A DNA stretch of 64,000 bases from Camelus dromedarius. Its lineage: Eukaryota. Made by a program: the position numbers and the translations under genes. The notes beneath the pieces were generated by a model. The model was not told the DNA's origin. It saw nothing but the letters and a program-made list of their open reading frames with translations, and searched no databases. This document shows, in pieces, positions 27,311-39,860 of the stretch. Every line of letters starts with the position of its first letter. The stretch's first letter is position 1. The stretch is from NCBI RefSeq assembly GCF_036321535.1, contig NC_087436.1:30506001-30570000 (forward strand), in the 5' to 3' direction.

Positions 27311-28329
27311 ACATAACTGGAAAACGAAATCTGAAATTTCATTTAATTGACATTAGCCTCATTTTAACGTATTATGTAACTCAGCCTTCCAATATATCAT
27401 TTTTTAGTGATTCAAGATATTTCAGATATTACTTGAAATTTAATCATACTTATTTTCAGAATTTCTGAGGCTTAGTAAAATATTTTGAACATAAATCTGT
27501 GCTTAATCCAATACTCATTTCAATCTGATGGTTCAGTTTAGTATCATATGTGTAAAGCATGTTTTAACAAGAAACTGAAAATGCAAAAATGTATGCTGAT
27601 ACATATTTCAGAATAAATTTGAATGTGAAGTGCTCAAATCAAATGTCTTTAGACATTAAAAACTACAGTAAAGTCATTTTGCTCTAGCTTATAAAATCTA
27701 ATTAACTGCCTTGAAAATAAAATTATTGAAAAATATTTGTTTGAATTAATCCATTATAAAACATATAATAGATTTTAATTCATATTTTTTCTTTTTCACT
27801 AGTACTGAAAACCTTTGGAGAAATAAATATACATATATATTTAGTCACTAATTATTAATATAAATAATTGCTGAAGTATTTTCATTCTTTCCTTATAAAT
27901 TTCCAAAAATCATATTAAATCTGTTTTAGTAACTAAGAAGTTTGATAGCAATTTTCCCAATAAATTTTGTTTCTATATTACTTTAGGATATAATTCCTCT
28001 GAAGTATACTTTAGAAAAATAAGACTTGGCATGTGTAACAAACTTACACCCAACTGATTACAGCTCTACAATTACAACACAAATTAAAATTAATTTTTCC
28101 CTCGTTTAACTACCTAAGAATTCTTGAACAAGATAGAAGATATGTTGACAGGCGCATTATTGAGTCATTTCTGATCCCAAAGCGAAAACTTAGAATATTT
28201 GCTCATCAATTATGTTGTTTGCTGAAGGTTTTTTTTAGATACAGTTTATCTCATTGAGACTATTCCCTTGCTAGAATAAATGGTTAATGCATGACCCAAA
28301 TAATCTTTTCACTGCTATAAGTATTGGAG

Positions 28330-28697
28330 CTAATAATTAAATTCTGCAATCTTCTCCAGATCATGGCATTTGGTTACAGGAAGCTGTCTGGCCTTGAGAA
28401 ATGTGGGAGGTTACGCCCCCTTTGGTGGCAGACAAGGGCGTAACAGGAAGATTGAAGCCCAGACATCTTGGTTCAAAAGAGAAAAATCGGTTTTGCTATT
28501 TATATTCTAGAAGCTACCTGTGAATAATATTAAGGCTAAGCTTTACTAGAAATCTTATTTTTGCTCTGCTCTTTTTCTTGCCTTTGTTCTTCCTCTCTTA
28601 CAGCATCTTCTGAAAGAATAGACTTTCAATAAGGCACATGCATATGAATACCTGCTTCAGGGAATCTAGGTCCTTCTAGGGAATCTTACTTAACACA
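28330..28697 (+). mobile_element. LTR16-like ERVL LTR remnant
   Basis: Ends AATAAGGCACATGCATATGAATACCTGCTTCAGG...CTTCTAGGGAATCTTACTTAACACA, like LTR16-group termini; 5' boundary uncertain. Confidence 0.4.
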
Positions 28698-28879
28698 ACT
28701 TTTATTTTGTTTTTGCTGATTTTGCATTATGACTGGATGGTGAATGTACATACTTTCTGTTCTGATACAGGGGGATAATTACATTGTTTTACTCTTTTCA
28801 ATAAATTAAAAACTGGGGGATTTTTTGGGATTTTTAAATAAAGAACTTCTCCTTCTAGGAATTAGCTCAACTTGGTGAT

Positions 28880-29244
28880 TGTCTTAGTCTACTTGGGATT
28901 CTATTAAAAACACCATAGACTGGGTAGCTTATAACAACAGAAATGTATTTATCCCAGTTCTGGAGGCTGAGAAGTCCAAGATGAGGGTGCTGGCAGGCAG
29001 ATGTGGGGTATGGTGAGGGCCTGCTTCCTGCTTTGTAGGCTGCTAGCTCCTTGTTGTACCTTCACATGGCAGAAAGGGGCAAGGTTGCTCTACGGGCCTC
29101 CTAAACAAGGCCACTGATTCCATTCCTGAGGGCTCTGACCTTAGGAACTAATCACTTCTGAGAGGGCCCACTCCAAGTACTTTTGTACTGGGGAATAGGT
29201 TTCACGTGAAATTTAGGGGGAACGCAAACATTCAGTCTATAGTA
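28880..29244 (-). mobile_element. MLT1A0-like MaLR solo LTR
   Basis: TGTCTTAGTC...ACCATAGACTGGGTAGCTTATAACAACAGAAAT...AGTTCTGGAGGCTGAGAAGTCCAAGAT...CAAACATTCAGTCTATAG; about 365 bp, full length. Confidence 0.88.
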
Positions 29245-29829
29245 GTTCATAATGTATCATCTACTTTAGGTATATAGTTGAATTCGATTTGCTCATATTT
29301 TATTAAGTATTTTTGTATCTGTATTCATGAATGATACTGCCAGGCAATTGTCTCCTATTTTAATAATCTTGTCCTTTTATTTTTGGTTCGTTTATGCTGA
29401 CATGAAAAATATTGTTAGGAATTTACTTTCTACTTCTTAAAATAGTTTCTGTGAGAATGTTATTTCTTTCTAAAAATTTGGAAGAATTAATAGTAATGTT
29501 GTGTGGGCTGTGACTTTTTTTATTGTGGATTAAAAAAAAATTATTACCAATTCTGTTATTTACATTACAGCAATGTTTCCATTTTTTAATTTCTTCTATC
29601 AGTTTTGGCAAGTTGTATTCTAAGTATACATTTCACCTAAATATTTGGTATATTAGTATAAATATGTCGACAATGTATCCCCTTATTATCTCCAGTAGGC
29701 AAACTGCAATAACTTGGCATATTTACAGTGAGTTGAACACTATGGAACAGTAAGAAAAATCATATGGAGATACTGGAAATAGCAGACACTATCGGAAAGG
29801 TTACCCAGGGCATGGAGAAGAGCAAATAA

Positions 29830-29975
29830 AAACAGGAAGAAACTGATGATGACTCAAAAGAAAATTAGTTTCCTGTGAGCACAGCGCAGCAGCTGCTATC
29901 ACTCCTCTGACGTGGAGGCTGACGGAGGAGTGAGTGCCGCCCTTAGCGCCACCTCCTGTGTACTCAGGGGATCTC
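29830..29975. promoter_or_regulatory. Candidate enhancer or CTCF site
   Basis: Locally GC- and CpG-rich; TGACTCA at 29850-29856, CAGCTG at 29890-29895, TGACGT at 29908-29913, TGACG at 29920-29924; CTCF-like ACAGGAGGTGGCGC on the minus strand at 29946-29959. Confidence 0.45.
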
Positions 29976-31439
29976 TGGAGGCAAAAGACCAACAGAGGCT
30001 CTCATTTCTTTCCTGATGGTTTCACTTACCATTTACAAAATGACAGGCAAGACTTTTTTTTTTTTTTTTCAAATATTAGGATTTTTTTTTGTATTACATT
30101 ACCTACTGAGAGCAAAACAAAACTGTATGCTTTATGAGGCACGGAAAATAGAGGCCTTCTCACCAGATCCACTTCACGCCATGGTGGTCAGCTGTACCGG
30201 AGCAACTGGGCACAGAGACAAAAACTAACAGGTCAATATTTTCAAAATGGATGGGTACTTACTTAAAACATACAAATTAACATTGGGGCAATTTATGTCT
30301 TTACTATATAAAACTCTTCATTACTTTTTATTTCTTAAATTTTGTGGCAAGCTGTAATTTTATTATATATACATTACTCTTCATATAAGTATCAATTTAA
30401 TTTGAGATTTTACTGTAGTAAATGGAAGGGATAAAGAGATTTAAACATTTAAATGTCTACAGTCCAAGAAAACCACCAGGAGTTGGAATCAAAGCTAGCA
30501 AGATGTAGAATCAGTACTTGAACCAGCTCCAGAAACTACCCCTTTCATCACTATGCCATACTACCTTTCAGAGAAGTCACTGATTGATTGAACAACTTGT
30601 CCAAAGTCACATAACCAGTAAGCCAGACAGGTTGTGTCTCTAACTACTGACTGTTCTGCATGGGTTCTGCTCAGGGCTTTAGTCCACATGTCTGGTGTGC
30701 TCTAGAATGCCTGATGTTCATCATTATATGGACTTCAACTTTTACAAGTTGAAATTTTTTACAAGTTACAAAATTTCCCAAATTAACAAATCCTGTAGAG
30801 ACACCCAAACACATTTATGTCTCACTTACTTAACATTTAATGGTGACAGCTTTCTCTGCCATGGACTAGGACTGATAATTTTCAGCATGTACTGAGTTCT
30901 TGCTTAAGTGCTAAGTGATTTTTATATATTTCATACATTAACTCCTTTTATTCTGACAACCTTTAGATCAGTAGCACAATTATCTTAAGACATGAGAAAA
31001 ACTAGGTTACAGAAATTCTAAATAAATTTCCTAAGTTTTTATAGAATAGTTGTTACCTCTTATTTAAATCACATCTTTAATACAGAATTATTTTTATATA
31101 TGTCAGTGATTAACACATGAAACTATGAAGTCAGTGAGACCTAAGTTTAATCACAACTCTGCTATTTATTATTGTGACCTAGTTAAATTAGCTGATGGAC
31201 CAAAAAACAAGAAAGAAACAAAGAAAAAAGAAATGGAAGAAGCTTGCATGCTTATTTTGAAATATTTCAGGAAAAGATATTTAAAAATTTCCCCAAATAA
31301 ACATTAATATTTCCCCAAATTAACTGAGCAAAGAAAAATTATGATGGCTTTAAGTACAGTAAGTTGAATTAATTTTTAGTGCTTCCAAAGATACATAAAA
31401 TTTTAGTATGGTAGAAGTAAAATGTGCAGTTCAATTTGT

Positions 31440-32365
31440 TAAGTTTCTATTGGTACAGTATCTCTCTAAAGTCACTGATTCTTTCCTTGGCAATGTCCAG
31501 TCTACTTATGAGTCCATCAAAAATAGCCTTCCTTTCTGTTAGTGTTTCTAGTATCTAGCATTTCCTATTGATTCTTTCTCAATTTCTACCTCTTTTCTTA
31601 CATCACCTATCTGTTCTTATTTTTTTTACACTTTTTTATTGAGTTATAGCCATTTTACAATGTTGTGTCAAATTCCAGTGTAGAGCCCAATTTTTCAATT
31701 ATACATGAACATACATATATTCATTGTCACATTCTTTTTTTGCTGTGAGCTACCACAAGATCTTGTATATATTTCCCTGTGCTATACAGTATAATCTTGT
31801 TTATCTATTTTACATATGCCTGTCAGTATCTACAAATTTTGAAATCCCATTCTGTCCCTTCCCACCCCCCACCCCCTTGGCAACCACAAGTTTGTATTCT
31901 ATGTCTATGAGTCTGTTTCTGTTTTGTATTTATGTTCTTTTTTTTTTTTTTTTTTTAGACTAGGAGTAGACTTAACATATGATGCTGTTATCTCACTCCT
32001 GGGCATATATCCAGAAGGAACCCTACTTCAAAAAGACACCTGCACCCCAATGTTCATAGCAGCACTATTTACAATAGCCAAGACATGGAAACACCCAAAA
32101 TGTCCATCAACAGATGACTGGATAAAGAAGATGTGGTATATTTATACAATGGAATACTATTCAGCCATAAAAATGACAACATAACACCATTTGCGGCAAC
32201 ATGGATGGCCCTGGAGAATGTCATTCAAAGTGATGTAAGCCAGAAAGAGAAAGAAAAATACCATATGAGATTGCTCATATGTGGAACCTATCTGCTCTTA
32301 AATGCTGTCAATTTTTTCCAGAAAAGCACTTAAAATATTAACAGTAGCTATTTCAAATTCATAAT
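31440..32365 (-). mobile_element. Old L1M fragment hosting the younger L1 insertion
   Basis: ATTCTTTCCTTGGCAATGTCCAGTCTACTTATGAGTCCATCAAA continues after 32300 as ...ATATTAACAGTAGCTATTTCAAATTC. Confidence 0.55.
31620..32286 (-). mobile_element. Young L1 with 5' inversion (twin priming)
   Basis: 31620-31959 is the antisense 3'UTR and tail; 31957-32286 is the sense ORF2 end; TSD CCTATCTGTTCTTA (31606-31619) / CCTATCTGCTCTTA (32287-32300). Confidence 0.93.
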
Positions 32366-32995
32366 ATATTGTCAGTGCACATCCTTATATAACAACTATA
32401 CACAGAGAAAAACTTTGTAGTATAACATACATGATACAACAGTAAGCTCATGTGGATATGTCTCCCAATATTTTCAGAATAAATTATTTTAGAGAATAAT
32501 AAGGTCAGTTTAGACACACAACTTTGGAATAAAATCTAATAACAGAAGGCCTACTAGATTATGGAATCACTTCAAAAATACCTTCTGAAGGTCTATAAGA
32601 TTCCTCACATTGTGTTAAGTGGTCTTTTACAGCTCAACATTCTATTATTTTATATGTCTAATACATTCCTAAATTTTTGAAAAAACTCTACACCCTGAAA
32701 TTATTTTTCCTCTCTTCTATTAGTGTCTTAAGTTTCTCAAACAATGGAAAAATAAATCAGTGCAATGAAAGTAAATAGGTTATTTGTTCTTCATCTATAA
32801 ATGCTCTTATAAATCACTTGAAAGAAGTCTTATTTTTAAAAAGGCAATTGCTGAAATTATTCACTATAGTGCATATGGTAACATAAGAACAATACCCACG
32901 TTCAATTGAAATATTCAGGACCTCAGTGATTCTGTGCAAGAGGGAAGGTCAGATTCTCTAATATCTCAAGTGGCTGCACACTGTCACTACCTTAC

Positions 32996-33085
32996 GGGTA
33001 TTGGGGTAGACGTGATTCGGAACTTGATGCTGTCAATATCATCTCCTTCCAGAGATATTTCCCAAAAAGTGCAGGCAACTTAAGC
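32996..33085 (-). other. Candidate exon (90 nt) of an unidentified minus-strand transcript
   Basis: Acceptor tctttcctttatttgttag| and donor |gtaagg; 90 nt; phase-2 frame open (LKLPALFGKYLWKEMILTASSSESRLPQY); phase-0 frame reads A*VACTFWEISLEGDDIDSIKFRITSTPIP; higher GC than the flanks. Confidence 0.5.
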
Positions 33086-34604
33086 CTAACAAATAAAGGA
33101 AAGAATTATCAAGAAGCAAAATTCAACCACTGTTTCAACTTCGTAGTATCTATAAATATCCTGAGTCTGCATCCCACTGAGTGCAAAATAAATCTGAATT
33201 ATTTATTCAAATTTAACAACAAAGGACAACAGAACATGACTTCTCTGTCACAAGGATAGTGATTTGGATATCTGATGTAAAGCAGAATTTTAAAATTCTC
33301 TTCATTTCATAATTAGTATTATAGACATGCCAAGGCATGCCAACCCAGACACAGAACAAGGATAATTAGCTGTGAGGGATTGAGGCTCGCCAGATAGTTG
33401 TAAATTTTTACACAGCTGGGCGAAAGGCCCCTCAAGAGGTCAAATGATACTGCCATCAAAACAGCATATGGAAAGAGAAGCACACAGAATGGTCAAAGAG
33501 GTCATCAATGATAATAAGTACAGGAAGTTTAGGGTTTACACCAAAATATTGCTAAGTGATGAACTGTACAATTTCTGAAATGGCAATTAAATTTGAAGTA
33601 CCTCTAATTAACTGAAGGGGTGAAAAGGAGCCACAGAAAGATAGTGGAGGAGGAATAAATAATGGGCCTCTAAGAAAAACACTGTTTTCTTCATTAAAAT
33701 TCTTTTACCTAAATTTCCTTCTGTGGAGTCTTAGGGATGAGAAGCCACCTAATTAAAAATTCGCACAATTTCTATTAGTCATTTTTCAATCATATTATGT
33801 AATTCCCTTGGAAAAGAAACTTTTGATAATGAATATAGTCTACCAATTAAAGTAACCCAGAAATTTCTTTGATTTAAATAAAGAAACCGTACTTGACAGT
33901 GAACGTAAAACTACTTGATTTGCAGTCTCAAACAATTTCAATCATTCTGTGCTTCTTTTAGTGCCGCTTTCTATACTTAAATTGGGTGTATCTTTATCAG
34001 GACAGCTTGTTAGAAGTAATTTGAGATTATGATTCATCTAAGTGAAAAGCACCTATTAAGAAATGTAGGATTTGTCTCATCTCCATTACATTGTTATTTG
34101 AAAAGGCTTCTGTTTCCTCAGGAAAGGGTAGAAGGACAAATAATTGGCAATACATGCAATAATTAAAAGCTGTGCTAACTTTTCAAACACTCTTCAGTTT
34201 TGAAAAGCTTATGGAATTCATGTGAAATCAGAGTGATTGAAAAGGCATTTTCTCCCAAATGATCAATTTGCCTAACTTGTATTCATTCTCACTGTGAGAA
34301 CATTTAGGTTATTATAATCAAAATATTAATAAATTAGAAAAGTATTCATAATTAGAAATGCATTCATATAATTTTACAAGTGAGCAATACTTTGAAGAGC
34401 TGAAATTTAAGGTAGCTCTTCCCTTTGCATAATTAGAAACATTAGATTTATTACAATAATCAGCAGAACCTACTAGAATCTACTTGTTTAAAAAAAAAGG
34501 TTTCGAGATAATTATCTCGAAATATGGGTAAAATCATAAGGAGTCAGAAAAGGGAAAAGACATCCAAGATTAAGAACAGGGGATTTTTAATGAGTGGAGA
34601 GACA

Positions 34605-34770
34605 TGGGACAGAGTAAGAAACTGAATGATAGACGACCTGGATTCTCGATCTGGCTTGACCACCAACTTGACTGATGTCATTGAGAACATGCCTTTATCC
34701 CTTTTTTTGGGATTTGTAAAATAAAAATAAAACACGTTATTTCCATTCCAGGTTTTTAATTATCTATGAA
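34605..34770 (+). mobile_element. MIR-like SINE remnant
   Basis: GACCTGGATTCTCGATCTGGCTTGACCACCAACTTG...ATTTGTAAAATAAAAATAA resembles the MIR core. Confidence 0.5.
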
Positions 34771-35328
34771 TATACAGGCACATTTAAGACTCATATTTCA
34801 TTGAAGACTGAGATAGATTTAGTGGCATCATAGAAATTAAGGCCAGAGAATTATTGTAGAGCTATGTCATGGGGGCTCATGTCTGCCAGCCTGAGTGACT
34901 GTATTATCCTGTAAACTAAGTAAAGCAAGCCTTTTTCATCAGCGCATTCTCTGCGTAGAATTAATGAAATTATTGACTACCTATGATGAGAAACATAAAA
35001 TCATAATAATATTTTAAAGATGATGTTTCTCATACTTCTATTGATGTGCTCCTAATATCAAAGGAATATTAGGCCTTAGTCCAAAGGAGCACTGTGAAAG
35101 AAGTGCTTTTTCTTAATGTTTGGGTATAGCTTAAAAATTCAAGAGACCTTCCACAAACACCATAATATATCTATAGTATTTTAAATAATAAGATATATTC
35201 CACAAAAGCTCTAAGGTAAACCGAACCTCAAGAAACATATTCTACTTTTATTCTCTGGCTTGAGTTAATGCCTCAAATGCCATCTCGAACTTCTGGAGAT
35301 GTGTCTGTTAAGGCAATACAGATCTAAA

Positions 35329-35329
<1 letters not shown>

Positions 35330-35365
<36 letters not shown>

Positions 35366-35402
35366 CGCGCGCGTGCGTGCGTGCGTGCATACATACACAT
35401 AC
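35330..35402. repeat. (TG)n(CG)n(TGCG)n alternating purine-pyrimidine tract
   Basis: Directly visible; includes (GC)8 at 35357-35372. Confidence 0.97.
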
Positions 35403-37454
35403 CAGCATGTATTATTAAATTACAAAATGAAACAAGAAAATGTAAAATAACAACTTCACAATTACTTTTGTGTACTTTTTTTATCTTCCTCTTCTTCTAG
35501 ATCCTTTGGTATGTTACACAATTGTGCTATGTCTTTAAGAATTAAATAGACAAAGTTATAAAGCAATCAGTTTTCCCTTGCATTAGGACAAAGCCAAATT
35601 ATACAAGACATAAACTGATTTAGGATCATAGCTAATGCACTTTTAACAAGAAATCTGTAAGTATGACTATAAATTCAAAACTTGAATAAAGAAATAGCTC
35701 AAGATAAAGATTGCTAAATACATTAATAGAAAAGGAACTTGCAGTACTTAATTATGAAAATTAAATGAATCATTTACTTATCTAAGAATTTCAAGTCAGC
35801 AGAAAAATAGTGAACTAAGAAAATTCATCAAATTATTATTTAAAAGGTTAGATATAATGTATAAAATATATTAAAGAACATTTGAAGAAAGTTTAGGTAA
35901 ATAATCATTGTTCATAAAGTGGTATTTTTAATAAAATAAATCTTATTTCCAGCAAAACTAGATCATGAAATGTCTTTTCATGTACAAAGAAAAGCATTTT
36001 TTTAATATTTATTATAGTTTCACCAGATATTAAAACTTCTTAGATTAAGAAATTATATCACTCCAGAAACTGACAGACCAAAGAAAATGAGTGACGAATT
36101 TTTTTTTAATACTCTTAATAAGACTAGCACCAAATTTTAATATATAGTGAATTTATAATTTGAATTAAAAACAATATTTCCAAATTACTTAAGAAATCTT
36201 ATGCTCTTAGACATTTAATATAATACTGTTATATTATAAAAACAGAAAAAAAATTATTGCATACCTACTGTATGATTTGGACTGTTCTAGCATATTCATA
36301 CATGTTATTAAAACCCACCAACTCTCTGAAAAGTAATTCTATACTCATTGTCATGATGAGAAATCAGTCTAACATATGTAGATAATTTACCTACATTCAC
36401 CCATTGACTAAGTGACAGAATTTAATTAGTTGTCCAGCTAATTTGAATAAAAGTCCCAAAATTTCCCACTATACCTTGTGTGTCTCAAACTATAGAAAAT
36501 GTTAGCATTTGGGGAATGCTCTTCATAATCTAAAATACTCAGGAAACAACTGGTAATTGGCTGTGAGTGATGGAAATAATATCAATTCTTTGCCTTGAAT
36601 TTCTGAATTCAGGTTGCCTCCCAAGCTCTCTGCATTGCCCATACAAGCCCTTCCTCAAATAATGCACGTATCCTGGAATCAGATCTTCTGATAGACAGAC
36701 TTGATTTAAAGTTTTCTCTCCAACTTCAAGTTGAAAGAGAATATTATGCAACTGTAAATCTTAAGACTTTTTCAGACTCTGTCCCAATTTTCCAAATCAT
36801 AATTACTGATAAATTACTAGGTGAGGAAATGGTAGAGACAAGAAAAAGGAGTGAGAAAGGTAACCTGGTACAAAACCACTCTACACTGATGCATATTCAC
36901 ATTAATGAATCTGTTTCTTCCCTTCCAATTTTTTTTCTTTAAAATTTTTACTTCTCTCATTTGACTTGAACACTTTCATTTGACTTAAACATTCTTTAAA
37001 ATATGAATTTTCCTACATATAGAGAGCTCTAATATATGTATTCTATAGTGGGTAGGGTTATTATGTCAATAATTTTAACTGTTAGAATATCTTTATCTGA
37101 AGGTAAGATTTTCTGGATCTAAAGCAGTTTCTTCCATAGGAATAAATAATTGCATAAGACAGGAAGACAACAGATGTTCTATAAAGTTATCAATGCATTA
37201 AACATTTTTTAAAATTCAAAAAGTTTTATTTTTGGCTCAGTATAAATGTGTAAGTTATATAGATAGCACAGATTCTCTAACATAAAAAGAAAATTTGCTT
37301 AAATTTTTTCTGTGTTTTAGAGAATCTCATATAAATAAAAATATTTCCCTGTTGCTAATTAGGTATTGTTTATTGCATAGGCTACCAAAAAGAAAAAAAA
37401 AATGGCCAAGGTACAGATTTTTTAAAAAGTTTTAACTTAAATTATCGATGCAAT

Positions 37455-37825
37455 AGAAGACTGGATCTCAAAAGTTTTGGTTTCAGGACCTCTTGAAACT
37501 CAATTATTGAGGACACCAAAATACCTTTGTTTACTCTTGTCATGTTTATATCTATTTATATTTACTACATTAGATATTAGAATTTTAAAAATATTTCTTA
37601 GCTAATTGATATTAAACATATATTAAATTATATTTTTATGAAAAATAACTAGTTTATAAAACAAAAATTATAGAAATTGCAGTGTTTTACTTTTTTTGCA
37701 AATCAATTTAGTTTCTGGATTAATAGCATCAGCTGGATTCTCATGTCTACTTTGATGTTCAATTTATTGCAAAATCATATTTTATGTAGCCTCTGGAAAA
37801 ATCCACTGTACACTTGTATACCCTA
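37455..37825. mobile_element. hAT-Charlie (Charlie1-like) fragment
   Basis: TCTCAAAAGTTTTGGTTTCAGGACCTCTTG...ATTATTGAGGACACCAAAA and TATGTAGCCTCTGGAAAAATCCACTGTACAC. Confidence 0.6.
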
Positions 37826-39138
37826 TAAATCATTCAAAATGATACTTTTGAAATGAAACTGTGATCTTGCTTATTGGAGTCCACTAGACCATTAACTTCA
37901 TTAGCTCAAAGATTATGTCTGTTTTTTTGAGAAATGAAAACTCAAATTATAAAGAAGCCATTTCATTGTTTAAAACTTTCCAGTGATTTCCCATTTTCTT
38001 CAAACAAAACTTAGTGTAGATTACAAATCCTTCAGCAACATACATCTCTTCAGCCTTATTTCTATTCCCTAAACTTCCCACACATATTCAAATTGCATAC
38101 ATATTATTTTCTAAATTTCTCCACAAAGTCAACCTCTCCATTTCCTCTAGGCTTTCATGTGTGTTGTCAGCTAGCCAACTCCTTCTCAGTTTTTTAGGTA
38201 TTAGCTGAACTATAGTTTCCTTCCATAGCACTATAAAATCCCTTCTTACTTGGGTTCTCAAGTGAAAGGATAAGTTAAAACTAACAGAGTAATTTTTTTT
38301 GAAATTTTCTTAATTTCATACAATCAGTGGCTAACATAACTTTGTATAATACAACTTCGTATAGTAATTTATATGCATATTCAATTTTGGAAACTGCTCA
38401 GCTACACTGAACTGTTCAAGCAAAAGCAAATATATAAATAGGTAATTGAACATTTTAAATAATCTGTCTTAAAATTATAAAATATTTAATGGTGAACAGG
38501 TGAGACAGAAAGTTCTAATGTATTGGTACTTGCCTGCAGTGTATATTTCATTCCACTTTAGTATTAAGTGTTTTTAAACTTCATGCAAATTAATGGGCGT
38601 GTTTGTTCTTTTGTGAATTAAAATATTTTAGGTTTGAATCCAACTCGTAAGTTAAATGCCCACACAGTGAGACTCCCCTTTAGCATCTCTTTCTGTGAGT
38701 TGCAGTATTATTTTGCATTTCTCCCTTGGAAGATAGTACCAATTTGTAATATTGTAATTTGTATTCCTACTTTCCACTTAAGAGGTTTTCCCTTTCGACT
38801 ATAAGATTAATGAGGCCAGGGTCTGTGTGTGTATGTATATGCAAATATGTATACACACACACAACATATACACACACACAGAGTTTATTATTTTTACTGT
38901 AGGCCATCGACTAAGTTAGGCACAGAGTACAATGATGAATTAGACTGGTAAGAGCTCTGTCTCCATGAAGCTATGAGCTACCAGCAACAGAAATTTTGAA
39001 ATGAAATTTGAAATGAAAAAATTTGAAATGAAACAATGAAATAATTTCAAATAATAATGGAAGTAAATAATGAAGGAATTTCAACTGCTACTAAAAAGAA
39101 ATACAGGATATTAATCAGAATCATTAATTGTGTTATAG

Positions 39139-39167
39139 TAACAATAACAACAACAACAACAACAACA
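39139..39167. repeat. (AAC)n microsatellite
   Basis: Directly visible. Confidence 0.9.
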
Positions 39168-39635
39168 AAAGCACAAGTGAGTAGCTTAATACAGCCAAAT
39201 TTAGTTCTACTCAGTCAACTTGTACCTTAAGAATTGGGAGACAGGTCTCTATAACATGTATTTACCTGGATTTCTAAGCTAACAGAGAATCCAACATCAG
39301 GGACATTATTTAATGTCAGTAAGTGGTGACCTGTAGAAAGTATAAAAGACTTTACACTTTAATGATTGTATGAAGTAATTAAAAAGTTGTAAGCAGAAAA
39401 CTGTTCAAAAATCAGTAAAACATGTTGGATGGATGAATAAGAAGTGTCTGGGGAAGAAACGTGAAGAAATCATTTTTCTTCTTTATCTGCTACATAGGAA
39501 ATGCTATTTACTGACATCAGAAAAACTGAAAAATGAGTATTACTGGAGTGCGACAGGAGTTCAACACTGGACATCTTTAGTTTACAGTCCCTGGAGACAT
39601 CCAGATGGAAATAGTGATTCAGCAGGTGGAGATGT

Positions 39636-39860
39636 AGTGCAATGTGGCAGTTAAGCATATGGGCTTTTGTGACCAACTGGATTATTTGAATCGCATCCCA
39701 CCAACTTAGCTATGTAACCTTGGGTAGGTTATTTCCACACTCTGTGCTTCAGTTTTGTTATATTGAGTATTCCACTATATAGATATCTACCTCATTGGAT
39801 ATTGTGAGAATAAATGAAAATTACTCTGAACAGAGTTTGATACATATTAAGTGTTAAGTC
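39636..39860 (+). mobile_element. MIR SINE
   Basis: AGCTATGTAACCTTGGGTAGGTTATTT...CTCTGTGCTTCAGTTTT...CTACCTCATTGGATATTGTGAGAATAAATGA matches the MIR core. Confidence 0.8.

Noticed and set aside
38990..39045. Short AAATTTGAAATG repeats as a CRISPR-like array
   Set aside because: Simple tandem slippage repeat with no unique spacers, in a eukaryotic context.
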